NCBI GenBank assembly: GCA_964016885.1
Contig: OZ024740.1
Location: 370,450,001 to 370,514,000 of the forward strand
Length of the DNA stretch: 64,000 nt
Reading direction: 5' to 3'
Source: Eledone cirrhosa
Lineage: Eukaryota
Position numbers and translations under genes: made by a program. The notes beneath the pieces are model-generated. The model saw only the letters and a list, made by a program, of their open reading frames with translations. It did no database searches and was not told where the DNA came from. Shown piece after piece: positions 54,975-64,000 of the stretch (within the stretch, counting starts at the first letter, position 1; the number at the start of each line of letters is the position of its first letter).

Positions 54975-55455
54975 ACAATACAATCCGTAGAAAAGATAGC
55001 CCCGATAATAAACACATTTAAAGCTACAGCAATGTAGAAGTCATACATATAGATAATATGAAAGAGTAGTGGTGGAATGTTCCAGTAAAAAACCCAATAG
55101 AATGCAGGCATAACAGAGCAGATATTATGATATGGGACAGGGAAAAGAAGGCATGCACAGTAGTGGAAGTTAGCTGCCGAGCAGATGTTAATATAATATC
55201 AAGGATTAGCGAAAATGAGAATATTCATGCAGATAACTAATGAGAAATCTGCAGATACTCCAGCCTGACTATACCTTCAGATTTATGCCTGTGATTATCG
55301 AGACAATGGGATATGTTAGTAACTGCCTCAGGTCAAATCTTAAGAAGCTGGGCTTCACAGAAACAGAAAGAACATGACTAGTTAGGAAATTACAAATCAA
55401 CCCATTAATGGAACAGTAAAAATATGTAAAACATTCCAAACGTTCTGCATCTAAT
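54975..55455 (+). pseudogene. Diverged R4/Dong-like RLE endonuclease fragment
   Basis: KE*WWNVPV..HNRADIMIWD..CTVVEVSC.ADVN..LMRNLQIL.PDYTFRFMPVII; homologous to 56506-56994. Confidence 0.75.
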
Positions 55456-55878
55456 AACTACATATACACTTGTACAGATAGAAACTCAAAACATACACAT
55501 CCACACATACAATAACACCCATACCTTCACACACATGCATGCATGCAGACATGCAGACATATCTACCTAGTTGGTGTATAAATTCCACTGATACAGTCTT
55601 ATATTTATGTTAGAAACCAACTCGCTATTGGCAAAAATTTGTGAAATCATAAAACCAGAAGAACATGCATACATACATGCATACGTACATACATACATAC
55701 ACACATACATACATACATACATACATACATACATACATACATACATACATACATACATACATACATGCAAACGTACATACATACATACATACATACATAC
55801 ATACATACATACATACATACATACATACATACATACATACATACATACATACATACATACATACATACATACATACAT

Positions 55879-56347
55879 GGTGGCTGCCAACTCGTTTTCG
55901 AGTACGGCCACTACTTTATATCCATGTAGGAGAACCCCTACCGATGCGCTGAACGAGTGTGACTTTTTAGTCCAGCCAGCGACTTGAAAACTCTGGCACA
56001 AACACTACACTTGTGACAATTATTGACACATAGTGCTGGGCCCATGGTACCATGTGACGACAAGTGCAGAGAGATCTCCAGATATAAAGCAAAGCTTTTA
56101 TAGTGAGCAAAGGCACTGCACAAAGCCAGTCCCACTCTCTTAACCAAGATGATATTTACCAAAAAGAAGAACAAGTCAACATCATTGGATACCATCAGGG
56201 TTGCAGGTGTTATATCAGAGTTTTCCTTCTCCTAGAATTCTGCCTTGACAAAGGCTAAGGGGTCATCTCTCCCTGTGATTTTGGATGGCCATTGACTCTT
56301 AAGAGCTCCTTTACCCTTTGACAGGTTTTGTTTGTAGCCCTGCAGGA
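55879..56347 (-). mobile_element. Bipartite RTE-derived element, copy 3 (5'-truncated), within (CATA)n
   Basis: Highly similar to 21639-22120; encodes [26 protein letters not shown]. Confidence 0.78.
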
Positions 56348-56505
56348 ACATACATACATACATACATACATACATACATACATACATACATACATGCATA
56401 CGTACATACATACATACATACATACATACATACATACATACATACATACATACATACATACATACATACATACATACATACATACATACATACATACATA
56501 CATAC

Positions 56506-57075
56506 ATGAGACACGATGAGATAGCTAGAATCATCTGGAACGCACTTCGGAAAAAAAAATTAACAACAAACGAGGAAGAATATATTGAGACAGATGGCAC
56601 TAAGGAATACTGGTGGAACCTGAAAATAAAAACTGCCACCAAATTAAAGCACAACCGGCCTGATATTGTAGTTTGGGACCACACATTGAAAACGTGTTCT
56701 GTTGTGGAGATCAGCTGCCCACTTGATGTAAACGTTGTCAGAAAAATACAGGAGAAGGAGGACATCTACGGACCATTGATGAGGGGTTTACAAATCCAGT
56801 ATCCAAGATACACCTTTAGCTTCATACCCATCATTATTGGAGCTACGGGTTATATACCAACCCGCTTGGACCAAAGTATGATTGAACTTGGATTTGCGGA
56901 CAAAAAGCGCAGCTCCCTAATTCATAGTCTACAAATGGCTGCGATAGCTGGCACCTTCAAAATTTGCAAAACATTCTTGCGATTCAAGGGATGACAATTT
57001 CTTTTCTTTTATAACCTTGCCACCAGGAAGGTGGCCGGTCAAAAAAATATACTCGAAATTAAGAGAAAGAGAAAA
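56506..57075 (+). mobile_element. 5'-truncated R4/Dong-like non-LTR retrotransposon: restriction-like endonuclease C-terminus (ORF 56506-56994) and 3' UTR
   Basis: RHD..HNRPDIVVWD..VVEISCP..EKEDIY..IPIIIGATG (PD-(D/E)xK-type RLE); embedded in (CATA)n at both ends. Confidence 0.85.
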
Positions 57076-57160
57076 CATACATACATACATACATACATAC
57101 ATACATACATACATACATACATACATACATACATACATACATACATACATACATACATAC

Positions 57161-57536
57161 GGCACTAAGGAATACTGGTGGAACCTGAAAATAAAAACTG
57201 CCACCAAATTAAAGCACAACCGGCCTGATATTGTTGTTTGAGGAGTTTACAAATCCAGTATCCAACATACACCTTTAGCTTCATACCCATCATTAGTGGA
57301 GCTACGGGTTATATACCAACCTGCTTGGACCAAAGTATGACTGAAGTTGAATTTGCGGACAAAAAGCGCAGCTCCCTAATTCATAGTCTACAAATGGCTG
57401 CGATAGCTGGCACCTTCAAAATTTGCAAAACATTCTTGCAATTCAAGGGATGATAATTTTTTTTCTTTTACAACCTTGACACCAGGAAGGTGGCCGGTCA
57501 AAAAAGATATACTCGATATTAAGAGAAAGAGATAAC
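57161..57536 (+). mobile_element. Second, internally deleted copy of the same RLE element
   Basis: Near-identical to 56596-56670 joined to 56780-57075; (CATA)n on both sides. Confidence 0.85.
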
Positions 57537-58104
57537 ATACATACATACATATAATATGCATTGACATTTATATTTCTTATTTGATATGTGAGGAAAATTC
57601 TTTGAAAGCTTCTATAATACTCTAAGCAGACTAAAAGAGTTTTACACAACTCACCAAACTGTATATAATCACAATATCCTGTTTGTTTCATCTCCAAACA
57701 GTATTTACGAACTAAAACTAATGTGGCATGTTTGAAGGAACTGATCGTTTCTGTAACATAACTTATTACGTGTAATGTGATTGACGTCATCATAATATGC
57801 AGCAATGTTATAGTTTCGTAATTTTATTGAATTAGGTATCATCAGGCTACCTAATAATATATGTGTTTGTGTGTAAATATACAAGTAGGTATATGTGTAT
57901 GCCAGTGCACTCAACCAAGACCTTGGTTATAATGATTAAAATTAATTAAAGAACAAACTTGTATGTTTGTGCATATGTATGGATACCTATGCATATGTAT
58001 ATATGTATGGATACATATGCATATATGTGTGTGTAATATATTAATATATATATATACATATATATATATATATTATTATCTAATAAACAACATAAGGCAA
58101 TTAT

Positions 58105-58162
58105 TCCATTTACCAGTGGTTTCTTAAAAGCAAAAGGTTTTGCTTTCAATCCTCAGAACGAA
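58105..58162 (-). ncRNA. Type I hammerhead in a pLTR fragment related to the 60-64 kb PLE
   Basis: Minus: ttcgtt-CTGAGGA-ttgaaagcaaaa cc ttttgcttttaa-GAAA-ccactgg-TA-aatgga. Confidence 0.72.
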
Positions 58163-58296
58163 AAAATCCTGGTTTGTTTATTGAATTTGGATCTTAAAAA
58201 CAAAAAAGCAAGCTATATGAAAGTGAGGCTGGAGAAGGAAGAAGGAAAGGAAAAAATAAAAACAAAATAAGACTACCCATACAACCACACATACAC

Positions 58297-58351
<55 letters not shown>

Positions 58352-58811
58352 CACGCACACACACACACACACACGCATGCGTATGCGCGCACGCACGCAC
58401 GCGTATACAAATATAAATATATTTCCCCCATACACATGTGTGTGCGTGCATGCGCGCATACGCGCAGAGTATGTTCTGTTGAAAGTGTCTCGTGAGTTTA
58501 TGGCTACAGTTGTATAGATTACACTTAGAAATTGTCCACAGTATTCCCTAAACCTTGGTCAATATACTAGAACCTTTAAGAATTTAGCTTTTAAGGAATC
58601 TCCCCTTCCTCCAAATCTATCTACCATGACTGACCCCATACTGATCTTACAGACACCTGTAAGCTAAAGAGGAAGCCAATGATAAGGATTGGCTCCAATC
58701 TGAATACAGAAATCTGTCTGGCTTTGTTCCTCTAAGAACAAACATATACAAACATTCATACATACACACACACACACACACACAAACATATCTACACACA
58801 CACACGCATAC

Positions 58812-58844
<33 letters not shown>

Positions 58845-59223
58845 TACACACACACACATGCATATATACACACACATACACACACACAAAAGCACATATA
58901 CATACGCACGAAATAGTCAACGCATTCACACACTCTCACACCTAAAAAAATTTTTCAAATACAAATACATAACCGCATACATACGCATACATGCATAACC
59001 ACGCACAAGTGTACAATCTATACACACACACACATGTGTATACAACTATATGCACACACACACATATATGCATACATAAGCACACATATAATTACATAAA
59101 TACAAACGTACACACACACATATATATATACACACACGTACACATACACACACATATACATACATAGCTAAACAATTATACACATACAAATACGTATATA
59201 TCATAAACACGCACAACAGAACA

Positions 59224-59261
<38 letters not shown>

Positions 59262-59358
59262 CACACACACACACACACACATATACAATTATCAATATAT
59301 ACACACGCACATATGTACACACACACATATATACACACACACACATATATACATACAC

Positions 59359-59389
<31 letters not shown>

Positions 59390-59762
59390 CATATACATGC
59401 ATATACACATATACACACATACACAACCACGCCCACACACATGCATACGCATACACACCCGTATATGCGTGTGTGTATGTAAAACTCAATCTTAAATAAA
59501 CCATAAGGACCTTACATAACCGTATATATAGTATTAAAGCAACATAAGGCAATTATTCCATTTACCAAGGGTTTCTTAAAAGCCAAAAAAAATGTTTCCT
59601 ACAATCTTCAGGATGAGAGAAACCTGGCTTATCCACACATACACATATATACACACACACACAAATACATACATATATAAATACATACACACAGGCACAC
59701 ACACACATACGTATAAACATATATACATACACACATACACACACATATCTATATATATATAT

Positions 59763-59805
<43 letters not shown>

Positions 59806-60277
59806 CACACAAATATACACACACATACACATAGGTATGTGGAGGGCAAGGCAAAAAGAATATATGTGGGGGCCGCATAGGAGAAGGTAAAATATAAGGG
59901 GAGGTAAGGGAGAAAAAAATATATAATAAATGTAGGTATACAAGAGTACAGAACGTAGAAACAGTAAAATAAAAACCGTAGCAGAAGTAAAGAGCGGGAG
60001 AAGGAGTTCAAGGCGGTTGATTTCTCATAGGAGTGTCAATCCAGTTACAGATCAGGTGCGGTCTCAGATGAGGACAGCATCTGAAGATCTCAGTCTTTGA
60101 ATTAAGGCAAGCGGAAGTGTCTCTCAAGTTTAGCAAAATCCTATACTTTTCTGTGGTACACAAAGAACAATTCTTTGTGCCCCTTTGGTACTCCCTCGAA
60201 TGGTCTAATATAGACCAATCAATAGAGTACGGGATGTTACTATCCTTGAGTTCCCACACCTTACTTGCGAGGGCCGT

Positions 60278-62184
60278 TGATCTAATTAATGATATCAAGT
60301 TTCGTAAGTACAATAATAACTTTCAAACCAAACTTTCTAACGATATTTCTAATTTTAGAAATTCTACAAACACTTTCGTTCTTTCTGATAAAACTAAAAA
60401 CCTCTTTGAAGTTAATAGTACTTTGTATAACCAACTTTTAACTAATAGTATTACCAATAAATATCAATTAACTAATAATAATACCTACAATACTATCAAT
60501 AAAGAAGCTAAAGAACTAGCTAGTTCTTTACAAATAGATAACTGGATTGAAAGCTTAGCTAAGCGTAAAGTATATATTCCCCTTAAAGACCATAAATTGG
60601 ACTTTACTAATCGACCTAGTTGTAGATTGATTAACCCGGCTAAATCCGAGGTTGGCCTTGTAAGTAAGAATATCTTAAGAAAAATAATTCTCCAAATCAG
60701 AACTAACACTGACCTATCACAGTGGCTAAATACTTCCTCTGTTATTTCTTGGTTCAATAATATACAAGGTAAAAATAAGTGTAGATTTACCCAGTTTGAT
60801 ATTGTCGATTTTTACCCTTCTATTACTGTTTCCTTATTAACTAAGGCCTTAGATTTTGCAAGACCCTCCATTAATATTTCTAAATTAGAAGAAGACATTA
60901 TCCTCCATGCTAGAAAAACTTTACTTTTTACTAATGATAATATTTGGGTTAAAAAGTCAAACCCTGAAAACTCTTTTGATGTTGCAATGGGTTCATATGA
61001 CAGTGCGGATGTGTGTGACTTAGTAGGATTATTCCTTCTCCACACCCTCAAAGAGAAATTTCCGTCCCATAATATCGCTTTATACCGTGATGACGGATTA
61101 GCAGTTTCTCATACCACCAACGGCCATAACCTTGATAAATTCCGTAAAGATTTAATCAATACTTTTGCTAATCTTAACCTTAAAATCACTATAGATACGA
61201 ACCTTACTAATGCTAACTTTCTTGATATTAATCTTGATCTACTTACCGCCTTTTTAAACCCTATCATAAACCTAATGAAAATCTTAGGTATATACACAAA
61301 GAGTCTTGCCATCCCCCTATAGTTTTTAATAATCTTATTCCTAACATTAGCCGTAGGATTTCTACCTTATCTTCGTCTATAGACATTTTTAATAAAGCCG
61401 CCCCTTATTATAATAAAGACCTTAAGAACAGCGGTTTTACAGAAAAAAATTCTTATTTATCTTCTCCCCCCCCCCCCCTAAAACCAACCACAATAACAGG
61501 AAAAGGAAGATTATTTGGTTCACACCCCCCTTCTCTCTAACTGTCAAAACAAATGTAGGAAGGAAATTCCTTGAACTATTAGACAAACATTTTCCTCCTA
61601 ATCATAGATACTATAAGATATTTAATAGGAACGTAGTCAAGATCAGCTACTCTTGTTGCCCAACTATGAAGTCCAAAATCACCAGCTCAAACCGGACGAG
61701 AATAAATCCAGGATGCAGTTGCAGGAAGCCGGACGAATGCCCATTGCAGGGTAGATGTAACACTAAATCTGTCGTTTATGAGGCTACGATAACACCAGTA
61801 ATCAACAACCAGCCAGCCAGGAGTGAGCGATATGTCGGTATGACCCAGGACAGGTTTAAAACCAGATTTTACTCACATGTCGCTTCTTTTAAGCACTCCG
61901 ATAAACGAACATCAACGGCCCTCGCAAGTAAGGTGTGGGAACTCAAGGATAGTAACATCCCGTACTCTATTGATTGGTCTATATTAGACCATTCGAGGGA
62001 GTACCAAAGGGGCACAAAGAATTGTTCTTTGTGTACCACAGAAAAGTATAGGATTTTGCTAAACTTGAGAGACACTTCCGCTTGCCTTAATTCAAAGACT
62101 GAGATCTTCAGATGCTGTCCTCATCTGAGACCGCACCTGATCTGTAACTGGATTGACACTCCTATGAGAAATCAACCGCCTTGA
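60278..62184 (+). pseudogene. 5'-truncated PLE RT-EN ORF, frameshifts near 61250 and 61450-61480; EN frame 61666-62184 open
   Basis: SDKT, RLINPAKSE, QFDIVDFYPSI, AMGSYDSADVCDLVG, LYRDDG, NFLDI; CSCRKPDECPLQGRC..VVYEA..YVGMT..FKTRFYSH..CSLCTTE..LNSKTE..CPH. Confidence 0.9.
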
Positions 62185-62385
62185 ACTCCTTCTCCCGCTC
62201 TTTACTTCTGCTACGGTTTTTATTTTACTGTTTCTACGTTCTGTACTCTTGTATACCTACATTTATTATATATTTTTTTCTCCCTTACCTCCCCTTATAT
62301 TTTACCTTCTCCTATGCGGCCCCCACATATATTCTTTTTGCCTTGCCCTCCACATACCTATGTGTATGTGTGTGTATATTTGTGT

Positions 62386-62467
<82 letters not shown>

Positions 62468-62618
62468 ATATATATATATATATAGATATGTGTGTGTATG
62501 TGTGTATGTATATATGTTTATACGTATGTGTGTGTGTGCCTGTGTGTATGTATTTATATATGTATGTATTTGTGTGTGTGTGTGTGTATATGTGTATGTG
62601 TGGATAAGCCAGGTTTCT

Positions 62619-62678
62619 CTCATCCTGAAGATTGTAGGAAAAATTTTTTTTCCTTTTAAGAAACCCTTGGTAAATGGA
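62619..62678 (+). ncRNA. Hammerhead motif in the 3' pLTR (mirror copy at 59557-59617)
   Basis: catc-CTGAAGA-ttgtaggaaaa..ttttccttttaa-GAAA-cccttgg-TA-aatgga; one mismatch at the base of stem I. Confidence 0.6.
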
Positions 62679-62847
62679 ATAATTGTCTTATGTTGCTTTA
62701 ATACTTTACTACTATATATACGGTTATGTAAGGTCCTTATGGTTTATCTAAGATTGAGTTTTACATACACACACACATATACGTGTGTGTATGCGTATGC
62801 ATGTGTGTGGGCGTGGTTGTGTATGTGTGTATATGTGTATATGCATG

Positions 62848-62888
<41 letters not shown>

Positions 62889-62982
62889 GTGTATGTATAT
62901 ATGTGTGTGTGTGTATATATGTGTGTGTGTACATATGTGCGTGTGTTTATATTGATAATTGTATATGTGTGTGTGTGTGTGT

Positions 62983-63063
<81 letters not shown>

Positions 63064-63458
63064 CTGTTGTGCGTGTTTATGATACATACGTATTTGTATG
63101 TGTATAATTGTTTAGCTATGTATGTATATGTGTGTGTATGTGTACGTGTGTGTATATATATATGTGTGTGTGTACGTTTGTATTTATGTAATTATATGTG
63201 TGCTTATGTATGCATATATGTGTGTGTGTGCATATAGTTGTATACACATGTGTGTGTGTGTATAGATTGTACACTTGTGCGTGGTTATGCATGTATTCGT
63301 ATGTATGCGGTTATGTATTTGTATTTGAAAAATTTGTTTATGTGTGAGAGTGTGTGAATGCGTTGACTATTTCGTGCGTATGTATATGTGCTTTTGTGTG
63401 TGTGTATGTGTGTGTGTGTATATATGCATGTGTGTGTGTGTATGTGTGTGTGTGTGTA

Positions 63459-63489
<31 letters not shown>

Positions 63490-63512
63490 GTATGCGTGTG
63501 TGTGTGTAGATA

Positions 63513-63571
<59 letters not shown>

Positions 63572-63944
63572 TTGTATATGTTTGTTCTTAGAGGAACAAA
63601 GCCAGACAGATTTCTGTATTCAGATTGGAGCCAATCCTTATCATTGGCTTCCTCTTTAGCTACAGGTGTGTGTAAGATCAGTATGGGGTCAGTCATGGTA
63701 GATAGATTTGGAGGAAGGGGAGATTCCTTAAAAGCTAAATTCTTAAAGGTTCTAGTATATTGACCAAGGTTTAGGGAATTCTGTGGACAATTTCTAAGTG
63801 TAATCTATACAACTGTAGCCATAAACTCACGAGACACTTTCAACAGAACATACCCTGCGCGTATGCGCGCATGCACGCACACACATGTGTATGGGGGAAA
63901 TATATTTATATTTGTATACGCGTGCGTGCGTGCGCGCATACACA

Positions 63945-64000
<56 letters not shown>

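Larger units (their letters stand above)
58300..64000 (+). mobile_element. Hydra-like PLE with a ~2-kb inverted copy of its 3' end (58300-60281 vs 61911-64000, running off the window)
   Basis: Identical EN peptide on both strands (60008..60313 vs 61911-62184); junction at 60281. Confidence 0.9.

Overview
AT-rich, microsatellite-saturated animal non-genic DNA. It is probably octopus (inference from OK-type tRNA SINEs and the density of (TA)n/(CA)n/(CATA)n). No host protein-coding gene is supportable, and most ORFs in the track are microsatellite artefacts. The window is a nest of retroelements inserted into microsatellites. (1) At least seven Penelope-like element (PLE) pieces of two types. 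The YRDD-RT + CxC..CPL/GIY-YIG type (Hydra-like) includes a copy at 10.7-14.4 kb that is one base from an intact ~773-aa ORF. The YIDD-RT + CCHH GIY-YIG type is Neptune-like. (2) Non-coding tandem arrays with one type I hammerhead ribozyme (HHR) per unit (retrozyme-like): 8.5 x 310 bp plus one inverted unit at 42.6-45.5 kb, and 2.4 x 591 bp at 18.6-20.1 kb. (3) More than 20 intact or near-intact HHR motif copies from roughly ten families. These include U3:A8 core covariants, very long stem II insertions and family-specific palindromic stem III sequences. (4) RTE fragments and bipartite RTE-derived short elements, R4/Dong-like RLE fragments in (CATA)n, tRNA SINEs and a degenerate A/T-tract satellite. 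The most interesting system is the PLE plus hammerhead-retrozyme ecosystem. All ribozyme calls are by-eye motif and pairing matches and were not computationally folded.
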